64,000 nucleotides of DNA from Chthoniobacterales bacterium (GCA_038207335.1 JBBQZX010000017.1:51787-115786); one strand, 5' to 3'. Shown: positions 1 to 11,566, counted from the stretch's first letter. Notes: generated by a model from the letters alone, not told the origin. Numbers and translations: made by a program.

Positions 1-276
1 GATCCAGCATTGGCGCGCTCTCGCACCGAGCGTACGCTGGATTTCGAGCAGTTGGACGCCGGAATATTTCAGGGCGGCATCGGCCTGCACCCGGTCGAGC
101 TCTACGCGCGGCAGCGCCTTCACGCAGTCCTTGTTGCTGCTCAGCATGAGGAACAACTCCGCTTCCTCCTCGAAGCGCCAACTCGACGGGATCGTCACGC
201 GGCTCTTGCCATCGAGGGAATGGCGAAACTCGCCCGCGAACAGCGGCCGAGCAGAGTCTGGTTGAATGAGGTTCAT
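1..276 (-). CDS. mraZ: Transcriptional regulator MraZ (5' part; runs off the left edge)
   Basis: Own translation of the minus strand from ATG at 276: MNLIQPDSARPLFAGEFRHSLDGKSRVTIPSSWRFEEEAELFL... matches the MraZ N-terminal F-x-G-x3-H-x-L-D-x-K-x-R-x2-IP pattern; open to the window edge; not in the ORF track. Confidence 0.85.
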   Translation of the reverse strand, partial: MNLIQPDSARPLFAGEFRHSLDGKSRVTIPSSWRFEEEAELFLMLSSNKDCVKALPRVELDRVQADAALKYSGVQLLEIQRTLGARARQCWI

Positions 277-300
277 CGCGCGTGCGCTTTGGGAATTCGT

Positions 301-324
301 CCCATTTCCTCCCAAAACGCGACA
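301..324 (-). promoter_or_regulatory. Putative MraZ-binding direct repeats (TGGG boxes, 10-bp period)
   Basis: CCCA at 301-304 and 311-314 (TGGG on minus) plus a degenerate GACA at 321-324, about 25-50 nt upstream of mraZ; MraZ is known to bind 10-bp-spaced TGGG/GTGG repeats. Confidence 0.5.
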
Positions 325-532
325 CCTTATCCGTCGCGTTCAAAAAAAGGTCAACGATCGATTTCACTAAATTTTTCGCGTCGCGCCGCACCATCATTTT
401 CCCGCAGTGCCGCACTGATTCTTGGGGGAAATGCGAGGACGTTTTTGAGTCCATGCGCGCCGCTTGGATTTGGGCGGTGAAAAAATGTTCGTCTCGGCGA
501 GGGCGCCGAAATCAGCCGCGGGCGCGCGTGCG

Positions 533-2278
533 CTACCTGGCGGCGAGCGCGCTATCGGGGCGCGTTTCCATGAGGCTCGTTGCGCAGAGCTTCGCGTAGG
601 TGCCGCTCAGCGCGATAAGCTCCTCGTGCCGTCCTCGCTCGATGATCCGCCCGCGATCCATCACTAGGATTTGATCCGCGTGCCGCACGGTCGAGAGCCG
701 GTGCGCGATCACAAAGCTCGTGCGCTGCGCCATAAGCCGGTCGAGCGCTTGCTGAATCAGCCGCTCCGTCTGCGTGTCCACGCTCGCCGTCGCCTCGTCG
801 AGCACGAGGATCGGTGGATCCTTCAGTAGCGCCCGCGCGATCGAAATGCGCTGCTTTTCGCCGACGCTCAATTTCACCCCGCGCTCGCCAACGATCGCCT
901 CCAACCCGTCCGGCAGACGCTCGACAAAATCGCGCGCGTTCGCCGCCTCCAGCGCATCCCAAAGCTCCCCATCCGTCGCCTCGGGATTTCCGAGCCGCAA
1001 GTTGTCGCGAACCGTTCCGTTGAAAAGAAAACTCTCCTGCGTGACCATGCCGACCGCTGTGCGCAGCGCGCTTTTCGAGAGCGAGGAAATCGGTTTTTCA
1101 TCAATCAAAATCTCGCCCGAATCGAACTCGTAAAAACGCGTGAGCAAATTCACGAGCGTCGATTTTCCAGCGCCCGTGTGGCCGACCAGCGCGATCGTCT
1201 CGCCGGGCCGCGCGTGCAGCGTGATCTGGTGCAGGACCGGCACCGCTTCGTCGTATGAAAAGCTCACTTTTTGAAAGCGCACATCGCCCGCGATCTCGAC
1301 CAGCTCATCCTGCTCCGCGTGGCCGGGCTCCACTTTTTCATCCATGATCTCGAACACGCGCTCGCCCGCCGCGCGGCCTGATTGGATGAGCTGATTCAGG
1401 CTGTGGAGCTTCCCGATCGGCTCGTAGAGAAAGCCCGCGAGCAGCAGAAAACCGACGAGATCGCCGACGCTCATCGCACCGTCGAGGACGGCCTGCCCGC
1501 CGAATCCGATGACGAGCACGAGCCCGAGCGAATTGAAAAAAGTCATCGTCGGATTGTAGATTGCCCACACGCGCATCACGACGAGCGTGGCCTCGCGGAG
1601 CTGCTGGCTCACGCCGTTGAAACGCGCGTGCTCCTCGCGTTCGCGGACGTACGTTTTGATCTGCCGGATGCCCGCGAGATTGTCGTGCAGAAGCGCGTTC
1701 ATCGCCGATGAAGCCTTGCGCTGCAGCCGATAGCGCCGGTGAGCGGTGAGCGTGTAGGCGAGCGCGCCGCCGATCAAAAGCGGCAGCGGCACGAGCGCCA
1801 AAAGCGCGAGCTTCGCGTTATAAAAAAACAGCAGTGTGCCGACCACGAGCGCCTGCAAAACGGCCACGACTCCCTGCTCGATTCCGTCGATTAAAACGCG
1901 CTCCACAGACGTCACATCTTCAAGCAGCCGCGTCATGATGTCGCCAGTCGCGCGGTTATCGAACCACGTCAGCGGGAGCTGTTGGATGTGCGAGTAGAGA
2001 TCGCTCCGCAGGTCGAAGATCACCTTCTGCTCGAACGTATTATTCAGCACGATCCGCAGGCCGTTGAAGAGGTCGCGCAGGAAAAATGTGACGAGCGCGA
2101 TGACCGCATACCTCCACAAATTCTCGCGATGCCCGGCGCGGACCTCGTCGATCACGAGCTGCGTCACTTTTGGAAAAACGGTGACCATGAGCGTCGTCAC
2201 CACCGCGCAAGCCAGCGTCCCCACAGCCATCCAAGGATAGCCGCGGATGTAGGCAAAGACGCGAAGGACCGTTTTCAT
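533..2278 (-). CDS. ABC transporter, fused permease/ATP-binding protein (MsbA/MdlB-like exporter)
   Basis: Six-TM N-domain, Walker A GHTGAGKST, signature LSVGEKQR, Walker B ILVLDEATA, H-loop IAHRLST; start chosen at MKTVLRVF (ATG 2278). Confidence 0.93.
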   Translation of the reverse strand: MKTVLRVFAYIRGYPWMAVGTLACAVVTTLMVTVFPKVTQLVIDEVRAGHRENLWRYAVIALVTFFLRDLFNGLRIVLNNTFEQKVIFDLRSDLYSHIQQLPLTWFDNRATGDIMTRLLEDVTSVERVLIDGIEQGVVAVLQALVVGTLLFFYNAKLALLALVPLPLLIGGALAYTLTAHRRYRLQRKASSAMNALLHDNLAGIRQIKTYVREREEHARFNGVSQQLREATLVVMRVWAIYNPTMTFFNSLGLVLVIGFGGQAVLDGAMSVGDLVGFLLLAGFLYEPIGKLHSLNQLIQSGRAAGERVFEIMDEKVEPGHAEQDELVEIAGDVRFQKVSFSYDEAVPVLHQITLHARPGETIALVGHTGAGKSTLVNLLTRFYEFDSGEILIDEKPISSLSKSALRTAVGMVTQESFLFNGTVRDNLRLGNPEATDGELWDALEAANARDFVERLPDGLEAIVGERGVKLSVGEKQRISIARALLKDPPILVLDEATASVDTQTERLIQQALDRLMAQRTSFVIAHRLSTVRHADQILVMDRGRIIERGRHEELIALSGTYAKLCATSLMETRPDSALAAR

Positions 2279-2441
2279 TTCGAGGGCGGATACCTTCGGC
2301 GCAAACCCCGCGCTGACAAGCCGCGCAAACATCAGCGCGATTTTTAGGGGGGGCTTCACCCTATTGCAGAAGGCGCAGCGCGACGCGTAAAACACGAGTG
2401 CGTTGCGGTCGCATTCAGCGAGGCCACGCATCTTTTTCACG

Positions 2442-5400
2442 ATGCCCGACGCGAATCTTCCAAACGTCAATTTCACAAGCGAAGTCCGGTTTGCAGTCGT
2501 CATGTATGGCGGCGTGTCGCTCGCGATTTACATCAACGGCGTCACGCAGGAACTGCTCGACATGGTGCGCGCAACAGCGCCGAGCACATCGGGCGGCGCG
2601 GACGCTCTCGTCCCGGATGCGGAATTGAAAGGCGCGATGCCAGTCTATCGGCGGCTCGGGCAGTACTTGGAAAACGAGCGCAAAAAACTCGTCGCACGCT
2701 CGAAGCCGCTGGATGGAGTGCCGGAGGCTGAGATCGACGACTGGAATGCGTGGCGCTCCGCGGAGATTAAGACGCGGTTCATCGTCGATGTGATTTCCGG
2801 CACCTCTGCGGGCGGGATTAACGGCGTATTTCTCGCGAAAGCGCTTGCCAATAACCAGGGCCTCGACGGGCTGAAAAACCTGTGGATGAGCGAAGGCGAC
2901 CTCGCGCGCCTGCTCAATGACAGCGGCTCGATCGCCGACCTGCGCGAGTACGGACTCCGGGTCGCCGAGCCGCGCGAATCGCTCCTGAACAACCAGCGAA
3001 TGTATCGAAAACTACTCGAAGCGCTCGAGACGATGCAGCCGCCGGCAGCCGCCGAGCCCGCCGCTGCCTCCCCACTGGTCGCCGAGCTCGATCTTTTCAT
3101 CACGACGACCGACATCGCCGGAATCCCCCTGCCCATCAGCCTCGCCGACGGACTCATCTTCGAGCGGCAGCATCGGAACGTCTTCCATTTTCGCTACGAC
3201 GACTTCGACGCAGTGAACAAGAATCAGAGCGAAGACGACGGCGTTTCGAACGACTTCCTCAAGCCAAACGATCCCTTCCTCGCGTACGCCGCACGCTGCA
3301 CTTCGTCGTTTCCATTCGCATTCGAGCCCATGCGGCTCAGCGACATCGATGCAGTCACGCGGACTTTTTGGAAAGGTCATCCGTATTTCGACGCAGCGGA
3401 CCGCACCGCGGATTGGGGGCGCTTTTTCGAAAACTACCTCCGCACCTCGCTTGCCGAGATCCAGCAGCGCCTGAGCGGCAGGAAGTCGGAGCGACCGGCG
3501 AAGACTGAACTAGAAGCCTATCGGGCCAAGCTGCAAACCCAGCTCCGCGCGGATTTTCGCGATCGCGCTTTTGGCGACGGCGGCTATCTCGACAACAAGC
3601 CCTTCAGCCACGCGACCGCGATCCTCATGCGCCGCCGCGCGGATGTACCAGTCGCGCGAAAGCTGATCTACATCGAGCCCGCGCCCGAGCATCCCGAGCG
3701 GCTGCCGGAGAAAAAAGAGAAGCCCGATTTTCTCCAGAATGTGCTCGCGGCAGTGGTCGATCTTCCTCGCCAGGAGACGATACGCGAGGACCTCGAACGG
3801 CTCTTCGAGCGCAACCGCATGGTCGAGCGAATCGGTGCGCTGTCACGCGATGTGGATGACGATCTCGCAGCGACGCCGGTCGGATGGCTTCGCCTGCCGT
3901 TTCACGATTCATGGCTCGCGGACCTGATCGCGCTGCATGGGGTAAGCTACGGCGCGTATCACCGGTTGAAGCTCGAGGAAATCACCGCGCTGCTCAGCGA
4001 GAGAATCGCGCAAGCGGCATCGTTCAGCCCGGACTCACAGGAGGGCTCGGCGTTGCTCGAGGTCGTGCGTGCTTGGCGGACGCAGAATTTTGCCGCGAAC
4101 CAAAACGGCGTTGGAAAACGCAGCGAAAACGCGTTTCTCGCCGATTTCGACATACGTTTTTGCCTGCGCCGACTTGCCTTCGCCGCGCGGCGTATCAACG
4201 AACTCGCGCGCCTCGACGACAATGCTTTTCGGATCATCGAAAGTGCGTTCGTCTCGATCCAGACTCGCGGCACGGGGGCGGCAGCCAATCGTGCCGAGGC
4301 GCGCGCGGAAGCCCGCCGCATCATCGCGCGACTGGAGATGGACTCTGAATGGCGCGCGGCTTTTCGCGCCGAGCTGAACGCGATCAAGAAGAATAAAGTC
4401 AGCCCGCACGTCCTCGCGAACCGACGGCGCGAAGAAGAGATGCACCGCTGCCCACAAGAAATCCAAATCGGCGACGCGACCACTAGCGTGACGCTCGGTG
4501 ATCTCATCGGGAAACTCGGCATCGCGTGGGCCGACTTAGTCGCGCTCATGGATGCCGCCGCCTCCGAGCGACCTGCGCTCGCCCGCGACCTCATCGCACC
4601 ACCCGAGCGGATGCTTGCCCTGCGCGAGATCGAGGAGTTCTTCCGCGCCTCATTTGGCGGTGCCGGCGGCGTAGCCGTTTCGAGCGATTCCGACACCGAT
4701 TTTGCGGACGCCGCCGTGCTCGCTCGGCGGATCGTCGAACATTTCCGGAAATCGTTTCAGCTCTACGATCTCGTCACATTTCCCGTACAGTTTGGCAGCG
4801 GAGCGGGCGAGGCGAATATCGTGCAAGTCAGCCGCATCAGCCCGGAAGACGCCGTCGGTCTCATCGACGAGCGCAACGACCCTCGGCGCAAACTGGCCGG
4901 CACGACGCTCATGAATTTCGGCGCATTCCTCCAGCGCTCGTGGCGGCGAAATGACATGCTCTGGGGCCGGCTCGATGGCGCGGAAAGGCTGATCTGCGCA
5001 GTGTTTGCGCCCGAGGACGATACCGAAAAAGCGATCCGTCGCGGCCTCATCGTCGAGGCACAAAAAGCGATCCTCCGCGATGAACTTACTTCCGCCGATC
5101 ATGTGTCCATCTGCAAGCTGATCGGCCAATTTGTCTCGGACGCCGGGCCTACTCGGCGCGATGCCGCGGCGCTCCGCGAATTCGTCGCGTCGGCGCTAGC
5201 GAACGATCCCGCTCTGCCGACGCGCGTCGAGGCGATCCTCCAGAGCTGCCTCGGCACGGAGGACAAGCTGTGGGATTTCTACACGAAGAGCTACGAGGTC
5301 GATCGCAGCGTCGATGCTGAGAGTGCCGTGCGGCTCATCGCGCGCTCCACCGACATCGTCGGGCGGATGCTGCAGCAGCTCGCGCACACTTATCGCGCCG

Positions 5401-6587
5401 ATCCCGCGGGCCGCGTCGCGCAGCGCATCGCCATGCTCGGCCGCATCTTCTGGCACATCGTCGAGGTCGCGGTGCCGCGCAGCCTGCCGTCGCTATTTTT
5501 TCAGCATTGGATCGGCGTCATTTACGTCCTCGATTTCATCCTGATTTTCGGCGGCATCCTGTTCGGGCACGACGAGGTGAAAAATTTCGGCTGGTCTCTG
5601 CTCGCGGTCACCATCGGCGTAAATGTCATCGTCGCCGGGCTCACCGATTACATCACCGGACGTCTGAAATCTTTCGTCGTCCTGCGCGCCCTGCTCGCCG
5701 CCGCACTCATCGCGCTTCTCGCATGCGGCGTCACGTTCGTCGCCGCACATTTTTCCGCGATCCCGCGCGAAGACGAAAACATCATCGGCATATCGATGGC
5801 CGGGCTCTTCGCGCTCGTCCTCGGGTGGGCGGAGTGGAAACGGGGGCTGCGCCTTCTCGACGACGCACGCCCCGAGCCGGTTCGATGGCAGCCGCTCGCA
5901 TTGCTTGCCGGCCTCGCCACATTTTTCGGCATCGCTCTCACCATCATCGGTCCGGGAAAAATGGCAGCAGTCGAACTCGCGGGCTCTTCCCAAGCGCTCG
6001 CCCGATGGATCGGCTGGCATCCGACATGGCAATGGCGCACCCAACTCATCGTCGATTTCCCGTTCATCCTCTTCTACGTCGCGCTGCTCTCGTCCGCTTG
6101 CGCTGCGGCGGCGCGCTTCTGGACGGCACGTGCCGCCGCCGTGAAAGCCGCGGACGAAACGGTAGCTGCAATTAAAGCCCGTGATGCCACCGGGCGCCGT
6201 TTTTCCGGCTTCGCGCGAATCACGTTTGCCATCGGAGGATTGCAGTGGCTCGCGGGCGGCTTCGATGGGGTGGAAAATTGGGCACTCCTTCACTTCCTAG
6301 ACCACACGGAATCGCTGGCGGCTCCGCGGATCGCATTCCTCGCAGCGTTCCTGAAATTTTGCCTCACGGTCGTTGGCTGTCTTTGCGCAGCCATCGGCAT
6401 TTGGTTCGCGCAACCGCCGCTCCCTTCTCCGGAGAATGCCCGTGCCAAGCGCGACCGTAACGCGTGGAGAATCGCCGCCGCAGTGCTCGTCGTGACGGCG
6501 ATCATTTTCGCCAAATCCGCCCTCTCCGGGCTGCGCGCGCCGCCGCCAAATCAAGCGCCCATCAGCATTCCCGCATCCGTGCGTTGA
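2442..6587 (+). CDS. Patatin-like phospholipase family protein with DUF3376-type region and multi-TM C-terminus
   Basis: [17 protein letters not shown], nucleophile [15 protein letters not shown], and [34 protein letters not shown]; hydrophobic C-terminal third. Confidence 0.85.
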   Translation: MPDANLPNVNFTSEVRFAVVMYGGVSLAIYINGVTQELLDMVRATAPSTSGGADALVPDAELKGAMPVYRRLGQYLENERKKLVARSKPLDGVPEAEIDDWNAWRSAEIKTRFIVDVISGTSAGGINGVFLAKALANNQGLDGLKNLWMSEGDLARLLNDSGSIADLREYGLRVAEPRESLLNNQRMYRKLLEALETMQPPAAAEPAAASPLVAELDLFITTTDIAGIPLPISLADGLIFERQHRNVFHFRYDDFDAVNKNQSEDDGVSNDFLKPNDPFLAYAARCTSSFPFAFEPMRLSDIDAVTRTFWKGHPYFDAADRTADWGRFFENYLRTSLAEIQQRLSGRKSERPAKTELEAYRAKLQTQLRADFRDRAFGDGGYLDNKPFSHATAILMRRRADVPVARKLIYIEPAPEHPERLPEKKEKPDFLQNVLAAVVDLPRQETIREDLERLFERNRMVERIGALSRDVDDDLAATPVGWLRLPFHDSWLADLIALHGVSYGAYHRLKLEEITALLSERIAQAASFSPDSQEGSALLEVVRAWRTQNFAANQNGVGKRSENAFLADFDIRFCLRRLAFAARRINELARLDDNAFRIIESAFVSIQTRGTGAAANRAEARAEARRIIARLEMDSEWRAAFRAELNAIKKNKVSPHVLANRRREEEMHRCPQEIQIGDATTSVTLGDLIGKLGIAWADLVALMDAAASERPALARDLIAPPERMLALREIEEFFRASFGGAGGVAVSSDSDTDFADAAVLARRIVEHFRKSFQLYDLVTFPVQFGSGAGEANIVQVSRISPEDAVGLIDERNDPRRKLAGTTLMNFGAFLQRSWRRNDMLWGRLDGAERLICAVFAPEDDTEKAIRRGLIVEAQKAILRDELTSADHVSICKLIGQFVSDAGPTRRDAAALREFVASALANDPALPTRVEAILQSCLGTEDKLWDFYTKSYEVDRSVDAESAVRLIARSTDIVGRMLQQLAHTYRADPAGRVAQRIAMLGRIFWHIVEVAVPRSLPSLFFQHWIGVIYVLDFILIFGGILFGHDEVKNFGWSLLAVTIGVNVIVAGLTDYITGRLKSFVVLRALLAAALIALLACGVTFVAAHFSAIPREDENIIGISMAGLFALVLGWAEWKRGLRLLDDARPEPVRWQPLALLAGLATFFGIALTIIGPGKMAAVELAGSSQALARWIGWHPTWQWRTQLIVDFPFILFYVALLSSACAAAARFWTARAAAVKAADETVAAIKARDATGRRFSGFARITFAIGGLQWLAGGFDGVENWALLHFLDHTESLAAPRIAFLAAFLKFCLTVVGCLCAAIGIWFAQPPLPSPENARAKRDRNAWRIAAAVLVVTAIIFAKSALSGLRAPPPNQAPISIPASVR

Positions 6588-7848
6588 GCGTCTCGGGCGA
6601 GACTTCGTTTTCCCAGCGGCTGATCGCGACGGTCGCCACACCGTTGCCGATGAGGTTCGTGAGAGCGCGGCATTCGCTCATGAAGCGGTCGATCCCGACG
6701 AGCAGCGCGAGCGATTCGATGGGCACGCTCGGCAGCACGGCGAGCGTCGCCGCGAGCGTGATGAAGCCCGCGCCCGTCACGCCGCTCGCGCCTTTCGACG
6801 AGATCATCGCGACGAGCAGAACGGTGATTTGCTGCGACAAATCGAGCGGCGTGTTCGTGGCTTGCGCGAGGAAGACGACGGCCATCGCCATGTAGATGTT
6901 CGTGCCGTCGAGATTGAAGCTGTAGCCCGTCGGGATCACGAGCCCCACGGTGGATTCGGCGCATCCGAGACGCCGCATTTTCACCAGCATCCCCGGAAGC
7001 GCGGGCTCTGAGGAGCTCGTCCCGAGCACGAGCAGCAGCTCCTCGCGGATGTAGCGCAGGAAGCGAAAAATCGAGAAACCACTCCACCGCGCGATGAGCC
7101 CGAGCACGACGACGACGAATAGCGCGGCGGTGAAATAGAACGCGAGCATGAGCATCGCGAGTTTGTTCAGCGCGCCGAGGCCGTAGCTCCCGACCGTGAA
7201 TGCCATCGCGCCAAATGCGCCTATCGGCGCGGCGCGGACGACGATGCGGATGATGCCGAAGAAAATCTGCGAGACGGCTGCGAGGGCCGATAGAATGGGC
7301 TTTGCGCGCTTACCCATCGCGGAAATCGCGAACGCCGTGAGCACCGAGATGAGCAGCACTTGCAGCAAATCACCGCTCGCGAATGCGCCGAAATACGAAC
7401 CGGGGATGATGTTCAAAAAGAACTCCTTCGCACCGAGCGCGTGTGCCTGCTGGACGTAGCTTTTCGAGAGCGACGCATCGAGCGCAGCGGGATTGGCATT
7501 GAAGCCCACGCCGGGTTTCCAGACGTTCACGACGACGAGGCCGAGGATGAGCGCGAGTGTCGAGACGACCTCGAAATACAGGAGCGTCTTGCCGCCGATA
7601 CGTCCGAGCTTTTTCAAATCCGACATCGACGCGATGCCGTGCACGAGCGTGCAAAAAATCACCGGCGCGATGACCATCTTGATCAGCTTAATGAAACCGT
7701 CGCCAAGCGGTTTGAGCGCTTTCCCGGCGTCCGGAAAAGTGGCGCCGACCGCAATGCCGAGCAACACGCCGATGATCACTTGAACGTATAGAATCCGATA
7801 CCAGCGAGAGCGCGCAGGACGGGGCGGAGGGATTGCTTCGTCGGTCAT
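6562..7848 (-). CDS. dctA: C4-dicarboxylate:H+ symporter DctA (DAACS family)
   Basis: [63 protein letters not shown] motifs. Confidence 0.93.
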   Translation of the reverse strand: MTDEAIPPPRPARSRWYRILYVQVIIGVLLGIAVGATFPDAGKALKPLGDGFIKLIKMVIAPVIFCTLVHGIASMSDLKKLGRIGGKTLLYFEVVSTLALILGLVVVNVWKPGVGFNANPAALDASLSKSYVQQAHALGAKEFFLNIIPGSYFGAFASGDLLQVLLISVLTAFAISAMGKRAKPILSALAAVSQIFFGIIRIVVRAAPIGAFGAMAFTVGSYGLGALNKLAMLMLAFYFTAALFVVVVLGLIARWSGFSIFRFLRYIREELLLVLGTSSSEPALPGMLVKMRRLGCAESTVGLVIPTGYSFNLDGTNIYMAMAVVFLAQATNTPLDLSQQITVLLVAMISSKGASGVTGAGFITLAATLAVLPSVPIESLALLVGIDRFMSECRALTNLIGNGVATVAISRWENEVSPETLNARMREC

Positions 7849-7983
7849 TGGAGGGGCCGGCGCGACCCTGCCGGCGCGGCAGCGCGGGGTCGAGCGCAGA
7901 TCAACGCCGCGCTTGCCAGTGGACTGGCGAATGCCAATAGTCCGCACCCCTTTTTCCAAACCACAAACTACCCAATACCTCCT

Positions 7984-8541
7984 ATGGCTCAGGCAAACGA
8001 TCTCCGCAAAGGCATGGCTGTCCGCTACAATGGCAACGTCGCCATCGTCCTCGAAGTGATGCACCGCACGCCCGGCAATCTGCGCGCATTCGTGCAAGCG
8101 ATCATCCGCTACATCGGCACGGGAAAATCGGCCGATGTGCGCTTTGGCTCGACGGACAAAGTCGAGACGGTGGACATCCAGCGCACTCAAGTGGAGTTCA
8201 GCTACAAGGACCATCAGGGCTACCACTTTATGGACCCGGAGACCTACGAGACCATTTCGCTCGATGACAATCTGCTCTCCGAGGCAAAGGACTATCTCGT
8301 CGAAAATCTGAAGGTCGACGTCTTGTATGTGGAAGGCAAAGCCGCGCAAGTCGAAGTCCCGGCGTCGGTGACATTGAAAGTCACGGAGTCCGCGGAAGGC
8401 GTGAAGGGCGACAGCGCGAACAACGTGATGAAAACTGCCACGCTGGAGACTGGCAAAGTGGTCAATGTCCCTTTGTTCATCAAAGAAGGTGAGTTGGTCA
8501 AAATCGACACCCGTAACGGCAACTACATGGGCCGGGCCTAG
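7984..8541 (+). CDS. efp: Translation elongation factor P
   Basis: [19 protein letters not shown] loop, ATLETG...[24 protein letters not shown]. Confidence 0.97.
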   Translation: MAQANDLRKGMAVRYNGNVAIVLEVMHRTPGNLRAFVQAIIRYIGTGKSADVRFGSTDKVETVDIQRTQVEFSYKDHQGYHFMDPETYETISLDDNLLSEAKDYLVENLKVDVLYVEGKAAQVEVPASVTLKVTESAEGVKGDSANNVMKTATLETGKVVNVPLFIKEGELVKIDTRNGNYMGRA

Positions 8542-8585
8542 AGCCGTTGCGATGCGGCTGATCGCCACCACGACTGAGTTTCATC

Positions 8586-9380
8586 GTGGCTAAGAAGGCG
8601 CAACCTAAGAATCAAAAAGCCGGGCGCAAGCTGCTGCTCGGCGCGTCGCCCGCCGACCATGCCTGGGCCGTGCCAACGTGGTGGCTCAATACCCTCGTCG
8701 GCCTCTTTCTCCTGCCGGTCGCGGGAGTATTGACGCAGACACTTTTCGCGAGCTTCTCCCACGCGGCGGTGAAGCACTCATTTTGGGCCAGCGAAGAGTT
8801 CTGGTTCTTCACTCTCGGAGCCGTGCTGTGGCTGCTCGCTTTCTTCGGAAGCATTTGGGCCTGCGGCGAACCGCGCCCTTTGCGCGTCTATGTCTTTGGT
8901 CACGAACTGACCCACGCCATCTGGGTCTGGATCATGGGAGGAGAAGTCATCGAGTTCGAAGTCGCCCGGCACGGTGGCTACATCCTGACTGACAAGCACA
9001 ACGTTTGGATCGCGCTAGCGCCTTACTTTTACCCGCTCTACAGCCTCGCGGTCGTCGTCATCTACGGCATCGCCAGCGTCTTCTACGACCTATCGACCTA
9101 CACTCCGTGGCTCTTCGCATTCATCGGGCTGACATGGTCGTTTCACATGACCTTCACAGTCTGGATGATCCCGAAAGGCCAGAGCGACCTGACTCAACAC
9201 GGCACCTTTTTCTCATTGGTCATCATCTACCTGATGAACCTTCTCCTCCTCACCGCCCTGCTCATCTTCGCCGCGCCCGAAGTCACCATCTCCTACTTTT
9301 TGAAAGACCTCCTCCACAACACCGAAGACCTATCCGCCTACCTCTGGAGCTACATCCGCCCGCTCCTGCCGTCGGTGTAA
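8586..9380 (+). CDS. Membrane metallopeptidase-like protein (M50/M50B-like)
   Basis: Multiple TM segments with HELTH (HExxH) followed by GG...LAPYF and a later SD motif. Confidence 0.65.
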   Translation: MAKKAQPKNQKAGRKLLLGASPADHAWAVPTWWLNTLVGLFLLPVAGVLTQTLFASFSHAAVKHSFWASEEFWFFTLGAVLWLLAFFGSIWACGEPRPLRVYVFGHELTHAIWVWIMGGEVIEFEVARHGGYILTDKHNVWIALAPYFYPLYSLAVVVIYGIASVFYDLSTYTPWLFAFIGLTWSFHMTFTVWMIPKGQSDLTQHGTFFSLVIIYLMNLLLLTALLIFAAPEVTISYFLKDLLHNTEDLSAYLWSYIRPLLPSV

Positions 9381-9403
9381 TTGACTAGGGTAAAAAACTT
9401 TCG

Positions 9404-9763
9404 TCAGTATTCATCCGGCGGCTGGTCTTCGGCTTCTTCCGTCAGGGCTTTAGTGAGCGACTCTTGGAACATGAGGAAGCGCTTTGTCACGAAAAGGGGG
9501 TCGCGCTCTTCTTTTGTCGTGAGATGGGTGTCGAGGAATTCTTCGATGCTGAGGTCTTCGTAGTCTTCGGGGTCGATCTCCCAGAGCTTGTCGGAAAAGG
9601 CGACTTTGTGCGTGGCTTCGAAGCAGCAGAGGGCGAGCTCGAAATCGAGGTCGTCGAATTCGTCGCAGAAGAGTTCGCCGATCGTGGTGGTGGCGTCGGC
9701 CTGCACGAGGTCGTCGCTGATGAAATGGAGGATTGAGATGAAGGAGGTGACGAAATAACTCAT
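9404..9763 (-). CDS. Small acidic protein with acyl-carrier-protein-like pattern
   Basis: Very acidic; ...TIGELFCDEFDDLDFELALCCFEATHKVAFSD resembles ACP helix II; alternative start at 9793 overlaps the upstream stop (TAATG). Confidence 0.6.
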   Translation of the reverse strand: MSYFVTSFISILHFISDDLVQADATTTIGELFCDEFDDLDFELALCCFEATHKVAFSDKLWEIDPEDYEDLSIEEFLDTHLTTKEERDPLFVTKRFLMFQESLTKALTEEAEDQPPDEY

Positions 9764-9792
9764 CGGAAATCGGCGCGGTGGGCGGAAGGGCA

Positions 9793-10329
9793 TTACTTCT
9801 TCGCTGCTGCTGCGGCGGCTTTGATGAAGTCCATGAACTCCTCGTGCTTTCCTTTCACGAGATCCGCTGGGCCGGTCATTTTGACGAAAATATCACCCGC
9901 CGCGTTTTGAATGATCGCGCCGAGGAGTGCCTGGTCGGGCAGCGTTGAAACCGGTCCGCCGGGCATCCCGCTTCGATAGGTCCCTTCCGTCGACACGACA
10001 GTCACTTTCGCTCCATCGAACTCCATGGGGACGATTTTCGCCGCGCCGTCCTTACTCTCGAATTGCGCGACCCAGCGCTTCGCATTCGCATCGACGCCGC
10101 CGCCGCCGCCGGCACCAAAATAGAAGAACGTGATGTCCGCTGATTGAGACTTGTCGGCGCTCGTGATCTTCAACTGCGCCTTCCGCATCGGCGAGTTGAC
10201 CGGCACCCAATCCCACCCGTTCGGACGGGAAAACTTGATGGCGCCAACTTCAAAAGAGGTCGGATCGTCAGCATGGACTGTGGCGGTGAAAGCGAGAAGT
10301 GCGGCAGCGAAAAGGGATCGGAAGTGCAT
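9793..10329 (-). CDS. Exported hypothetical protein (PVC-type, W..VP...MRKAQ motif)
   Basis: Signal peptide ending TVHA-D; coherent ORF with GGGGGVDANAKRWVAQF. Confidence 0.75.
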   Translation of the reverse strand: MHFRSLFAAALLAFTATVHADDPTSFEVGAIKFSRPNGWDWVPVNSPMRKAQLKITSADKSQSADITFFYFGAGGGGGVDANAKRWVAQFESKDGAAKIVPMEFDGAKVTVVSTEGTYRSGMPGGPVSTLPDQALLGAIIQNAAGDIFVKMTGPADLVKGKHEEFMDFIKAAAAAAKK

Positions 10330-10403
10330 GGGTAAGAAGTAAGGCGCGCGAGGAGACGGGGCAAGCGGTTAGGGTTCGTCGTGATCGGCGAACAAGGCTG
10401 CAG

Positions 10404-11492
10404 TTAGGCCTTCACGCCGAGGCCGATTTTTTGGCGAAGGTATTGGATCGAGCGGGCGAGTTCGGCTTTTTGAAAATCCTGCTCGGCCAGTTTTTTGTCA
10501 GCGCCCTCGGAGGCTTTGAATGACGGAATCTCATGACCGCGTTTTGCCAGCGCTTCGAAGTGCGCGAGGGCCGCGGGGCGCTTGTCGTAGTGCTCCCAGA
10601 ACTCCGGTTTTTTGTAGGGAAAATTGCGCGAGAAGCCGGAGATCGTCTCGATTTGAATCGGCACGGTCGGGCAGATTTTAGCCCAGCGGGCGACGTATTT
10701 TTCCCAGTCGATGAGGCCCTCGCCGGCGGCTGTCCATGCGACGGCTGCGCCATCGGGAGTCTCCCAGATCATGTCGTCGCGCAGGCTCGAGCAGTTGATG
10801 TAGGGCGCGAGATTTTCGAGCACGTCCATCGGGTTTTCGAGCGTCCAGGCGGCGTTGCCGGAGTCGATGTTCGCGCCGACGAAATCCTTACCCGCCGCCT
10901 CGATCAAATCCACGAGCTCCCACGAGTGCATGTCGCCCGCGTGGTTCTCGATCGAGATTTTCACGCCCGCATCTTTGGCTTTCGATTCACACGCCTTGAG
11001 CACCTTCACGGTGTCGGCCATGCGGGCGCGGATTCCGCCCGCGGTTTTTCGATCCTCCGCCGCGCCGAGGACGCAGCGAAAGACCGGCGAGCCGAGCGCC
11101 TTTGCGACGCGGATGCCGGTGGATAGAAGCTCTTCAGCCGTTCCCCAGTCTTTTTTGAAGCGCGTGGAGGTGGGGCAAATGCTCCAGCCGCCGGCGTACA
11201 GGTCGATGCCGAGTTCGTCGGCTTTTGCCTTCACTTTTTGCAGCGCGGCGTCGTCGAGCGATTCGTAGCTGTCGAGGTCGGAGATGAAGAGCGTGTCGAG
11301 TTTCAGCGAGGCCGCGTGGTCGAGGAGTTGCGCGGCTTTCCAGCCCATCGCGCGGACGGCGAAGTTATCCATGCCGAGTTTGATCGGCGCCTTGAGTTTC
11401 GGCGCGGTGGGTTCAGCGAAAAGCGGCGAGGCGCAGGCTGCGGCGGCGGTGCCGGCGAGAGTTTTGAGGAAGGTGCGGCGGGGTGTATTCAT
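10404..11492 (-). CDS. Tat-exported sugar phosphate isomerase/epimerase (xylose isomerase-like TIM barrel)
   Basis: Twin-arginine signal PRRTFLK; IENHAGD, NIDSGN, GEGLIDW motifs of the AP-endonuclease-2 TIM barrel. Confidence 0.85.
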   Translation of the reverse strand: MNTPRRTFLKTLAGTAAAACASPLFAEPTAPKLKAPIKLGMDNFAVRAMGWKAAQLLDHAASLKLDTLFISDLDSYESLDDAALQKVKAKADELGIDLYAGGWSICPTSTRFKKDWGTAEELLSTGIRVAKALGSPVFRCVLGAAEDRKTAGGIRARMADTVKVLKACESKAKDAGVKISIENHAGDMHSWELVDLIEAAGKDFVGANIDSGNAAWTLENPMDVLENLAPYINCSSLRDDMIWETPDGAAVAWTAAGEGLIDWEKYVARWAKICPTVPIQIETISGFSRNFPYKKPEFWEHYDKRPAALAHFEALAKRGHEIPSFKASEGADKKLAEQDFQKAELARSIQYLRQKIGLGVKA

Positions 11493-11566
11493 GCGGGTGA
11501 GGTGAGTGAAATTGTGAGTTTCGGACGGGGTCAATTGTTATCGAGGGAAGCGCGCACCCCTTTGAA

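Noticed and set aside
10..480. Plus-strand 156-aa ORF
   Set aside because: Antisense shadow of mraZ and its promoter region; no recognisable motifs
7849..8571. N-terminal extension of the 669-aa dctA ORF
   Set aside because: It is the antisense frame of efp; DctA homology starts at 7848
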